64,000 bases of DNA from an uncultured Verrucomicrobiota bacterium. Lineage in GTDB: Bacteria; Verrucomicrobiota; Kiritimatiellia; RFP12; UBA1067. Each line of letters begins with the position of its first letter. Position 1 is the stretch's first letter. Under the pieces are notes generated by a model. It was not told where the DNA came from. It saw nothing but the letters and a program-made list of their open reading frames with translations, and made no database searches. Shown here piece after piece: positions 8,601 to 16,947 of this stretch. The translations under genes and the position numbers were made by a program. The stretch is taken from the NCBI GenBank assembly GCA_947305775.1, contig CAMZEN010000003.1, forward strand, positions 24,410 to 88,409, read 5' to 3'.

Positions 8601-9559
8601 TGTCTGATGTAACACACCAAAAGGCGGGCCGCACGTGGACTGTTGCGTCCAACGGCATAACCGTGCTTAAGCGTCCGTATCAGGTCATATTGGATGGCAA
8701 CAACCTAGCCGCAAACGGCGAATGCCTAACGTTTACCGATCTTCCGGCAATCGGCTCTGCGCATCCGAACCACCCCGGTCTTTACGTCGACAATTACGAA
8801 ATTGAAGAAGGATCGGGCACCGACAAAAAGTGCGTGAATGTTGTTGTAACCTATTCGCCGCGCACTTACGAAACACAAACGATTGATCAAGCAACCGTTT
8901 CGAACCAGGTTGAAGAATGGGGCTGGGCCGGCGGCGAAGATGAACGCGAACTCACCACCGCCGTTGATGGCACGGCGGTACTCAATTCGGCTGGCGATGT
9001 GTTTGATGCTGTGCCGACGATTAAAAGCCCTGCGCCAATATTCCGCAAGGTCGTAAAATTCGAATCGCGGCAATCGGGCTGGGGCTCGTACATGTGTTGC
9101 TTAAACTCCGCCGCAGTAACCATTGGCGGCATATCGTTCGCGGCCCGCACCCTTCTTTGCATGGTCGGCGAGCAGCGCGTTATAGGCGACGCAAAGTGGC
9201 GGTATCGCTACACGATTGAACTGCGCTACCGCTCGAACAAGGTCAAGTTGGCGGGCTCCAGCAGCGCAACGGAAATCGGCTGGGACGTCGCAATAGCTGA
9301 TGCGGGCATGCGCGAAAAGGACGACAGCGGCAAACTTGTTTTGATCCGCAGCCGCGATGCCGAAACGGGCGAAGCGTGCACCGTTACCACGCCGGAACTG
9401 CTAAACGGCAGCGGCAAGCGCGTTACAAGGAGCGGCGAAACGGCACCAACGCCGTACAATCTTCGCTTTCAGGCTTACGATACTGCAACATTTCCGGGCT
9501 GGTTCTATTCCGAGCCAACCGACGCGCAGGTAGGTTCCGGCACCAACGCAAATTCATGA
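8600..9559 (+). CDS. Minor/distal tail protein (319 aa, putative)
   Basis: TGATG coupling to the tape measure gene. Call is by position only. Confidence 0.4.
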   Translation: MSDVTHQKAGRTWTVASNGITVLKRPYQVILDGNNLAANGECLTFTDLPAIGSAHPNHPGLYVDNYEIEEGSGTDKKCVNVVVTYSPRTYETQTIDQATVSNQVEEWGWAGGEDERELTTAVDGTAVLNSAGDVFDAVPTIKSPAPIFRKVVKFESRQSGWGSYMCCLNSAAVTIGGISFAARTLLCMVGEQRVIGDAKWRYRYTIELRYRSNKVKLAGSSSATEIGWDVAIADAGMREKDDSGKLVLIRSRDAETGEACTVTTPELLNGSGKRVTRSGETAPTPYNLRFQAYDTATFPGWFYSEPTDAQVGSGTNANS

Positions 9560-9569
9560 AAGGGAATCC

Positions 9570-10130
9570 ATGAAAATCAAACTGAATCTTCAGGCCACAG
9601 TTGATCAAACGCTCCCGCCGTTGCCGGTGAAAATCTTTACCGGCAGCGCGCTTCCGCTCGAACTTGAAGGCATACCCGGCGAATGGGCGGGCGGTGAGGT
9701 CGTCGGGGTGTCCGTCACGGTCAAGAATGCCGATGGCGTTGATGTTGCCGCCGAATGCGCCCTTGTCGGCAATGAATGGCAGTGCCTTTTCGCTGGCAGC
9801 AATTTCCCTTCATGGGGATTTGTCGAAAACGGCGTGCGCATAACAGTCGCCGTCAAGCGTTCGGATGATACGACGGCATATGTCATTGTTGGCGTTGCCG
9901 ATTTCGATATCAAGCCCGCAACGACGTCCGCTTCGCCCGGAACGCCTGGCGCAATGGTGGCAATTAAGGGCGGCGATGTCTATCTAAAGACGCAGGTCCT
10001 CGATGGCGTCCAGCATTACACCAAACAGCAGATGGCGTTTGATTCCCGCGTTGGCTGGGGCGCAACGTGGACGGGCGACTATATCCTAACCGCCGACGGC
10101 GATTTCGTGCCCTTCTCACCCAATCCATGA
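9570..10130 (+). CDS. Tail-associated beta-sandwich-like protein (186 aa), unknown
   Basis: ORF with an SD (aaagggaatcc). Call is by position only. Confidence 0.35.
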   Translation: MKIKLNLQATVDQTLPPLPVKIFTGSALPLELEGIPGEWAGGEVVGVSVTVKNADGVDVAAECALVGNEWQCLFAGSNFPSWGFVENGVRITVAVKRSDDTTAYVIVGVADFDIKPATTSASPGTPGAMVAIKGGDVYLKTQVLDGVQHYTKQQMAFDSRVGWGATWTGDYILTADGDFVPFSPNP

Positions 10131-10141
10131 AAGGTTAACCG

Positions 10142-12016
10142 ATGAAATACCACACCAGGGGCATTCTTGCCGCCTTCGCACTTCTCGCGTTGCCAGTTGG
10201 CGCGATAACCACAACGCTTGAATATGAAGATGCGCGCCAGCTGGCGGATCGGCAGGCTGCCACAACCTACACCGATGCCGTTGCCCTCGAGCTGAGCTCC
10301 GGGATCGTTGGCCTGGAATCGTCCAAGGTTTCCACCAACGATTTTACAGCGGCAACCAACGAGCTGGCCGCCGTGCTTGCGCAGAAGGCCGATACCAACA
10401 AATACTTGCCGCCAACGCTCACAACCGCCGATCTTTGGCGTTGCGATTGGAGCGGCGAAGTGCTGCCGCTGCGTTTGGCAACGCCAAGGCCGATATGGCA
10501 GAAAGCCTACAACGAAACCCCTGCGCTGTTTTACAGCTCGTCGCCTGTGTTCTGGGGCCTCAACACAGAAAGCGCAACGGTTCTAACGATTACGACGACC
10601 AACGAAACCGCCACTGCGCTTGATTTTGGCAATGGCTATACCATGACGCGACTTGGTCCGCTTGTGCACGCGGTCTATTCCGATGAGCTCGCTACCGCCA
10701 TAGCCGATGCTGAGCCGGGCGATTATGCCAACGTTAGTAATAAGGCGGTCACGGCGCTGCAAAGCTACGATGAAACCGACCCGAATGTGCCGAGCTGGGC
10801 AAAGGCCTCTGCCAAGCCTTCCTATACGCTTAACGAAGTTGCGCCAAACTCTGAAAACTGGATTGGCGTCCAGGGCAACGCGGGCCGCTATATCAAGATT
10901 CTTGCACAAACGATTGCAGGCATAATCCAGGGCGGCATTACGATTACGGCGTCAACCCAAAACGATAACAACAGAACCACTTATATGTATGGCGGCGTTG
11001 CAGTGCGGCGAAACGGAACGACAGCTGATTATCTTTGGGACACGACGTCGCAAAACGGCATTGTTCGCCGCAAAGACCTTGCGGGCGTCCAGCCGGGCAA
11101 CTATTCTGCCGTGTCGAACGCCGCAATGTCCGCATCGGAATCAATAGCCGCCGTTGCCGCCTATCTGAATGGCGATGATGCGCGCGTTGTGATTACAAAC
11201 TATGATTCGGTAGTGCATATGCCGTCGCTTTCGTTCGAGCAGAAGATAACCAACGTTTGGCATACGATCTGGGATGAACGCACGCGGTGGGATTGGCTTA
11301 CCGGCCAATATCTGCCGATCAACTACTACAGCAAAGCGTTGGTTGATGCCTTGCTCGAAGAAAAGGCCGACCGTGCCTGGGGCTTTTACGATTCGCATAC
11401 GGGGAACTATGCGCCGGATGGCTATACGTGGGTATCTTCGCCGAAGATCGCCATTGCCGGGGGGCTGGCCTATCAGCGCACGGTTACTGCCGAAGGTGCG
11501 GTTTGGGTGTTGGAGTCCAATGGCCTTGTTGCCGAAACCGGCGGCGTTGTAAGTAATGGCTTCTTCCGCATATCCGATGATGAAGGCAATGCGCTTCTGG
11601 AAATCGTAAAGGGCGACAAGCGCGTGGTTGGTGCGCAGGCCAATAGCGTCCGCACGTCCGCAAGCTATGCCATTACGCATTTGTACATAGACTACAACGT
11701 CGTAAGCGAACAGCACCCGGTGTTGCATATATGCAACGATCTAGCCGCGCCTGATTGGAAGGCGGAGACCGATTCCGGTTGCCTTGCAAACGTCACATGG
11801 ACCGGCACTTCCGGGGCTTATACTGCGGAGGTCTGGGGCAAAACAGCACAAGCCGCTTTGTTCGTAAAGGCCGAATATGAAATTGGCGGCGAAACATACA
11901 TAAAGAACGCTGCGCCGATTGGGTTTGAATATATCATGCTTGGCGGTCACAAGTATGCCGTTGGCACTGCGGTTATTTCCGGCAATACAGTCCTTACCCT
12001 TACACTGGTGAACTGA
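10142..12016 (+). CDS. Putative tail fibre / receptor-binding protein (624 aa)
   Basis: Hydrophobic N-terminus (GILAAFALLALPVGA), then a fibre-like coiled segment (..NELAAVLAQKADTNKY..) and a long beta-rich C-terminus. Confidence 0.4.
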   Translation: MKYHTRGILAAFALLALPVGAITTTLEYEDARQLADRQAATTYTDAVALELSSGIVGLESSKVSTNDFTAATNELAAVLAQKADTNKYLPPTLTTADLWRCDWSGEVLPLRLATPRPIWQKAYNETPALFYSSSPVFWGLNTESATVLTITTTNETATALDFGNGYTMTRLGPLVHAVYSDELATAIADAEPGDYANVSNKAVTALQSYDETDPNVPSWAKASAKPSYTLNEVAPNSENWIGVQGNAGRYIKILAQTIAGIIQGGITITASTQNDNNRTTYMYGGVAVRRNGTTADYLWDTTSQNGIVRRKDLAGVQPGNYSAVSNAAMSASESIAAVAAYLNGDDARVVITNYDSVVHMPSLSFEQKITNVWHTIWDERTRWDWLTGQYLPINYYSKALVDALLEEKADRAWGFYDSHTGNYAPDGYTWVSSPKIAIAGGLAYQRTVTAEGAVWVLESNGLVAETGGVVSNGFFRISDDEGNALLEIVKGDKRVVGAQANSVRTSASYAITHLYIDYNVVSEQHPVLHICNDLAAPDWKAETDSGCLANVTWTGTSGAYTAEVWGKTAQAALFVKAEYEIGGETYIKNAAPIGFEYIMLGGHKYAVGTAVISGNTVLTLTLVN

Positions 12017-12017
12017 A

Positions 12018-12668
12018 ATGCAGGCCGTTCATAATATCGTTGTATACGCGGCGCTGGCGCTGATGCTTTCGCTGTGGGTTGGCGTCGTGTGCTTTCGCGG
12101 CTGGCAGATTGCGCGCCGTCAAGGCGTGGCGTTCCTGCTGCTTGCCGCATGCTTTCTGCATGCGATGGCGAACAAACCGCCTGCGCCAACGACACGCCCG
12201 GTTGAGTTCCCGCGAACTGATCCAGAAGTCGCATACCTGACGGATGCCGGTTCTTACGTCAGCAACAATTTCGTGCATGTGGCGTTCACAACGCTGCTGG
12301 TGCCCAATGATGCTGATATCCAGGTTGCCTATTGTCCCCTTGATTCAACAAACGCGGCGGATGTCGTAACATACTACCAGGCCGCGCTTGGCGCTTTCCC
12401 GCGCCCCCTCGACTTTGAATTTGAAGGCGCAATTTCTAACAGGTGGTTTTGCTTCACAACATGGACGCCGGGGCCCGCCGTCTATACGAACGGCGTCTGG
12501 CGGTCAACGTGGATGACCGACCGTCGCCAGAACCGCTATCTGATACCGATTCGCACGCCGATAATTCTGGATGGCGCAACGATTGCGCCGCCTGCGCGGC
12601 GCGGCGGTAGCGAGAACCTTCTCACAACCCTTGCCAATGATCTGAATGGAGGTAACGCCAATGAATAA
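12018..12668 (+). CDS. Membrane protein with two N-terminal TM helices (216 aa), unknown
   Basis: Hydrophobic segments IVVYAALALMLSLWVGVVCF and VAFLLLAACFLHAM. Tightly packed with its neighbours. Confidence 0.45.
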   Translation: MQAVHNIVVYAALALMLSLWVGVVCFRGWQIARRQGVAFLLLAACFLHAMANKPPAPTTRPVEFPRTDPEVAYLTDAGSYVSNNFVHVAFTTLLVPNDADIQVAYCPLDSTNAADVVTYYQAALGAFPRPLDFEFEGAISNRWFCFTTWTPGPAVYTNGVWRSTWMTDRRQNRYLIPIRTPIILDGATIAPPARRGGSENLLTTLANDLNGGNANE

Positions 12669-13131
12669 ACTGATGTTGTTTTCGCTTGCGGTCGCAATGG
12701 CATTCGCCGTGCGTGCCGATGAACAGCCCGCGCCGGTCGACATGTCCGTTCCGGTGGCAACGACCCTTTTTTCGGATGGTTCAACGAACGTGTGGACACA
12801 GGCCGACTTGCTAGCGGCGCTTCAGCTTATGAATCGCAAGTACCACCGCGAAGTTGAAACGCCTTCAGGGCGTGTGGCGTGGCATGGCAGGCTTGTTTCG
12901 CAGATCGTCGATACCAACGCATGCGTAAAGACTGAAATCTACGCAGATGGCACGCGCTTTGAATTTCCGTTTGAACCAGTTGCGCCCGCGAAGAAGCCGA
13001 AAACCACTTTGAATGCGAACGGCGTTCCGCCGGCGCTTGCCGAGGCTCGCGCCCGCCGCGCTGCCGAGAAGGCAACCACCAACGTTGTAACGGTTATCAG
13101 CGGACCCGATGCCGCAACGCCTGTGAAATGA
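12661..13131 (+). CDS. Secreted protein (156 aa), unknown
   Basis: ATG 12661 is preceded by GGAGG. Signal peptide MNKLMLFSLAVAMAFAVRA-DE. Confidence 0.5.
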   Translation: MNKLMLFSLAVAMAFAVRADEQPAPVDMSVPVATTLFSDGSTNVWTQADLLAALQLMNRKYHREVETPSGRVAWHGRLVSQIVDTNACVKTEIYADGTRFEFPFEPVAPAKKPKTTLNANGVPPALAEARARRAAEKATTNVVTVISGPDAATPVK

Positions 13132-13415
13132 AGATACACGCAACCAAATCGAACGCTGGCGGCGAATCTACCGGCGGCAAGTTCCTGCGCGTTTTCGCTA
13201 CCCTCGATGAAATACGCGAGCGGCTTGTAGTAATTGAAACGCGCGATGAAACGCAGCGCGCGGAGGTTGCGGAAATCAAGAAGCAACTTGGCGAAGTCCA
13301 GAAGATGTTGTATCAGATCATTGGCAAGGAGTCCGTTCGTTCGTCGATCTACGGCGTTGTTGGCGCAATCGTCGCAAGCGTCGTCACATGGATCATTTCG
13401 CTGTTTGGGAACTAA
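13128..13415 (+). CDS. Tail-anchored membrane protein (95 aa; coiled coil plus C-terminal TM), holin/spanin-like candidate
   Basis: C-terminal hydrophobic segment IYGVVGAIVASVVTWIISLF. ATGA overlap with the upstream ORF. Confidence 0.4.
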   Translation: MKIHATKSNAGGESTGGKFLRVFATLDEIRERLVVIETRDETQRAEVAEIKKQLGEVQKMLYQIIGKESVRSSIYGVVGAIVASVVTWIISLFGN

Positions 13416-13431
13416 GAAAGGAAAAGGCAAA

Positions 13432-13854
13432 ATGGAAGCTGGAAAGAACATATCAGAACTTGTCGACCGTACACTTGAATACGGCTTGGGCGGCGTTGAA
13501 ATCTTCGCCCAATTCCCTGCTGGCAGGATCGCAAAGGAATACAACGGCATTGGCCCGGAATGGCTGCCGTCCGAGGAGCGCGATAAGATTACATCTTACC
13601 TCTCCATATTCGAACCGGCTGCGCTGATACATGATCTGCGCTTTGCAAAGTCTGATGGCAAGCGATTCGCGTTCAATTTCGCAAACATGGAGTTTCACGC
13701 AAACTGCATCAAGTGCGCCAAGGCGACTTATGGGCTATTGAACTGGCGGCGTTACCGCGCCTGTTTCGTCGCAGACCTGCTTTATCAGGCGGTAAAATGC
13801 GATTGGTGCTGGAAGCGCTGGCTTGAATGTGCGCCAAAAATTTCTTGTACTTGA
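13432..13854 (+). CDS. Cys-rich small protein with YxGxG...AALxHDxxF motif (140 aa), phospholipase-A2-like candidate
   Basis: ATG 13432 follows SD aagaaaggaaaagg. Motifs EYNGIGPE and EPAALIHDLRF...NMEFH were read from the translation. Confidence 0.45.
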   Translation: MEAGKNISELVDRTLEYGLGGVEIFAQFPAGRIAKEYNGIGPEWLPSEERDKITSYLSIFEPAALIHDLRFAKSDGKRFAFNFANMEFHANCIKCAKATYGLLNWRRYRACFVADLLYQAVKCDWCWKRWLECAPKISCT

Positions 13855-13893
13855 AGCTTGAAACCACAAACCACAAAAAAGAAAGGACAAAAC

Positions 13894-14472
13894 ATGAAAG
13901 CAAAAACCAAAATCGCCGTTCTATTCGTCTGTATCGCTACCGCTTTGGTTCAAAGCGGATGCAAAAGCCCAAGAAAAATGCGGGATATTGAGCTAAAGGG
14001 CATGTATGTCAACGGCTACAGTGAAGTTCTTGCCATAGGCGCTGGCCGGTTGACGTCCATTCCCGGCGAACGTGAAGCGCTTGCGGCACATTACGAGGAA
14101 GATACGGCCTGGCTTTCGCCGTCCACCAAAACGCACAAGCTTGATATCTTCCTTGTCGGCACAAATTCCGTAGGAAGCTCCAAGGAGGTTATTGAGTCCG
14201 TCTGCCGAGCCTTCTCAGAAGTTGCGCCGGTCGTTTCTTCCAACAATGCTGCCGTTGCCAAGGGCGGTGTTACGGCATTCGATCTGCTGAAGGCGAACGC
14301 GGGAACGCGGCAGGCCGTGGAAACGGCGAAGCTTGCCGCGCAAAAGGCGTCGGCTGAAGCAACGGCGGCGGTGGCTAAGGCGGCTGCATCCGAAAAGGCT
14401 GCGCCACCGGAGGAGGGCTGCGCAGATTGCGTTGAAGGTGCCGCCGATTGCCCTGAATGCGAGGATAGGTAA
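13894..14472 (+). CDS. Lipoprotein (192 aa) with Cys-rich acidic C-terminus
   Basis: Lipobox LVQSG-C after the hydrophobic segment IAVLFVCIATA. ATG 13894 has an SD (aagaaaggac). C-terminus is CADCVEGAADCPECEDR. Confidence 0.55.
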   Translation: MKAKTKIAVLFVCIATALVQSGCKSPRKMRDIELKGMYVNGYSEVLAIGAGRLTSIPGEREALAAHYEEDTAWLSPSTKTHKLDIFLVGTNSVGSSKEVIESVCRAFSEVAPVVSSNNAAVAKGGVTAFDLLKANAGTRQAVETAKLAAQKASAEATAAVAKAAASEKAAPPEEGCADCVEGAADCPECEDR

Positions 14473-14474
14473 AA

Positions 14475-15404
14475 ATGGCGCGCTACGTGTTGGGTGAGGC
14501 GGGGGCGCGAAAGTTCCGTGCGCTCTTGGCAAGCAGGTCGGGCAGCGGTCGCAGGCCTGGCGGCGTGCCCGGCGTCGTCGACTCGTCGTCGCTTCCGGCA
14601 CCCTTCACGGTCAGGTATGCCGCTTCCGTCGGCGATGGCGGCGCGTGGATAGTGTGGCTGCCTGATGGCGCATGTTGCGTTATTGACGGCGGCGAAGTAG
14701 ATTTGCGCACCGGCCTGGAGGCGGCTGGCGGCGATTATCCAGAAGGCTGGTATATCGTTGATGCGCTGTCAGACACGGGCGGCAATCTCGTCTTGAAGGT
14801 AACGCGCGATGATGGCGAAACCACCGCCGAATTTGCGCTTGCCGAAGAATCCGGCGAAGAATCGGCGGAGCATGCCTTCTCGGTTCCGGTTGCGGTTTGC
14901 AGTCGCAACACCACAACCGGCGAGGTACGAATCCAGCAGCTAGCCGATGGCGCCATTGTCGTTGGATGCGCTACCGACGGCGACTCCGTCGACTCGCAGG
15001 GTGGCGAAGGTGGCGCGGCGCTTCAGATTGCGCATTTTGCCGATGATGAACGCGATAGCGGCAAGGGGCTCGCCGTTAGGCTTAAGGCCGATGTTCAAAC
15101 GGGCGAAATCACGGCGGAGTCAGATGATACACTGATGCTTATTGCCCGAAAGGACGGCAAGATCGTTTATGTGCCGCTTTCCGGTGATGGCGAGGATCCC
15201 GCCGAAGAATCTGATGATGCCGCCGATCCGTGCGGGCACCCTGGCGATCCGGCAAAGGGAGGCGGTGTGTCCGCCGACGATTCGTCCGGCGGCGGTGGCG
15301 GTGGTGGATGGGGCCCCGGCAGTGCTGGCGGCGTGCCCGCCACTGATTCGGCTGATGGTGGCGGCGGCACTCACAAGGGTGACGATAACTGCAATTGCAA
15401 CTGA
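14475..15404 (+). CDS. Acidic, Gly-run protein (309 aa), unknown
   Basis: Long ORF, tightly packed with its neighbours. C-terminus is ..SSGGGGGGGWGPGSAGG..GGGGTHKGDDNCNCN. Confidence 0.45.
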   Translation: MARYVLGEAGARKFRALLASRSGSGRRPGGVPGVVDSSSLPAPFTVRYAASVGDGGAWIVWLPDGACCVIDGGEVDLRTGLEAAGGDYPEGWYIVDALSDTGGNLVLKVTRDDGETTAEFALAEESGEESAEHAFSVPVAVCSRNTTTGEVRIQQLADGAIVVGCATDGDSVDSQGGEGGAALQIAHFADDERDSGKGLAVRLKADVQTGEITAESDDTLMLIARKDGKIVYVPLSGDGEDPAEESDDAADPCGHPGDPAKGGGVSADDSSGGGGGGGWGPGSAGGVPATDSADGGGGTHKGDDNCNCN

Positions 15405-15415
15405 AGGGAAACACA

Positions 15416-16927
15416 ATGGCAAAATACAAACTCAAAGGTGCGCGTTTCCTGCGCAAGTACACGGCAACGGCGGCGACGCCTGTTTATGCGGCGGCAACGG
15501 ATGCTGAAAACGTCGTTGATTCGATGTGTGATGTACCGTGGGAATCGGCGGGCGCGGATCAGGCGACAATGACTTCGCATTCCGATGATAAGGCAGATGG
15601 TGCCGAGAGAAGCGGCCTTGATCAGAATGTGATTGACCGCGACCTTTTTGATGCGGCGTTGTTCTGCGCGGGGCACTCCGGCGGCAAGCACCGCGCCTAT
15701 GCGAATGCTGCTTGCTATCGCTACGAACTTCCGGCGGCTGCCATAGGCAAAACACTCACGGAGCTTGCCGCCAAGGTAACAAGCGACCCGTACAACTCGA
15801 AGGGCGCGCGGCTTCACATTTTCACGAACTCGACCGGCGTTATCCCGATGAACTGCCACACGTTGCGCGGCGAAGATGCTTCAGGCGATGTGGTTGAAGA
15901 TGGCACTACAGCCGCCGAGGTTGCGCCGCGCACGGTCGAAACGGTCAACCGCTCGGACTACTGGTACCCAACCACCGAAACGGCTGCGCTTTCGCCAACC
16001 GGCGGCCTGGTGCTGCAAAAGTATCTTTTCCTTGTCGTGGCGCTCGAAAGCTACAGCACCGTTCGCGGCAACTGGCTTGAGGGGTGCTCTTTCATAAAGA
16101 ACGCTGTCGAAGTCACGCTTTCTGCTGCCGTGGATGGATGGGACGCCGACGCCGTCAACGATGTTTCGGGCAGCGATAGCGCGGCGGAATATGCCGTTAT
16201 GGTTGGCGGTGCCGTTCCTGAAGCAAGCGGCGAACAAAGCGCTGCGTTCCGCATCGTTCTTCAGCGGACGGGCGATGCCTTGCCGGATTCTGCAACGTCA
16301 ACCGACGGGCTTTTCGATCCTGCCGCCTTGAAGACCTCTGCAACCGCTGCGCAGTCTGCAATCGGCTTGCGGCTCCTTTATGCTGCGCTCTTCGAAGGCC
16401 GCGTTTCTTCGATTGCGCCTGAAGCGTTCGCGGCCCGTCCTGGCGCGGCATTCTCCGTCGCGTCCACAACCGAAATGCGGCGCGCCAATCCGCTTGGGCT
16501 TGACGTCGCCGTGCCGGTGTGGAAGCTCACCGCGTCCGCGCTGCTTGTGCCGTTCGCAACGCCGACAACGTTCAAGGCGCGGCGTGTTCGGCTCTCTTGG
16601 TCCGGCTTCACCGGATCGCCTACAGCGGGCATGAAATGGCGCGTATGGCTGAAGCGTGGCGCGGCGGCTTACACGGTGCCTGATGTCACGGCGCGAAAGC
16701 TCTACCTCACCGATGGCGGCGATGTCGAGGGGTTCCAGCTCGTTGGCGAAATCGCGGCGGATGGCGAGGCCACATCCGCAACGTTCACGGTTGCGCCGAT
16801 AACGGATTGCCTTGCCACAATCATGGTGACTGGTTATGTCTCAATGGATGCGGTGAATCCGTCCGCTGATTCGGCGCTCTGGGGTTGCGCGGTGGAATTT
16901 AAGCCGGATATTTCCCTTTTGGGCTAA
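15416..16927 (+). CDS. Hypothetical late protein (503 aa)
   Basis: ATG 15416 follows SD gaaggga. The track start at 15395 is a TTG inside the upstream stop region. Confidence 0.45.
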   Translation: MAKYKLKGARFLRKYTATAATPVYAAATDAENVVDSMCDVPWESAGADQATMTSHSDDKADGAERSGLDQNVIDRDLFDAALFCAGHSGGKHRAYANAACYRYELPAAAIGKTLTELAAKVTSDPYNSKGARLHIFTNSTGVIPMNCHTLRGEDASGDVVEDGTTAAEVAPRTVETVNRSDYWYPTTETAALSPTGGLVLQKYLFLVVALESYSTVRGNWLEGCSFIKNAVEVTLSAAVDGWDADAVNDVSGSDSAAEYAVMVGGAVPEASGEQSAAFRIVLQRTGDALPDSATSTDGLFDPAALKTSATAAQSAIGLRLLYAALFEGRVSSIAPEAFAARPGAAFSVASTTEMRRANPLGLDVAVPVWKLTASALLVPFATPTTFKARRVRLSWSGFTGSPTAGMKWRVWLKRGAAAYTVPDVTARKLYLTDGGDVEGFQLVGEIAADGEATSATFTVAPITDCLATIMVTGYVSMDAVNPSADSALWGCAVEFKPDISLLG

Positions 16928-16947
16928 GCCTTCTTTGGAGTCTGAAC

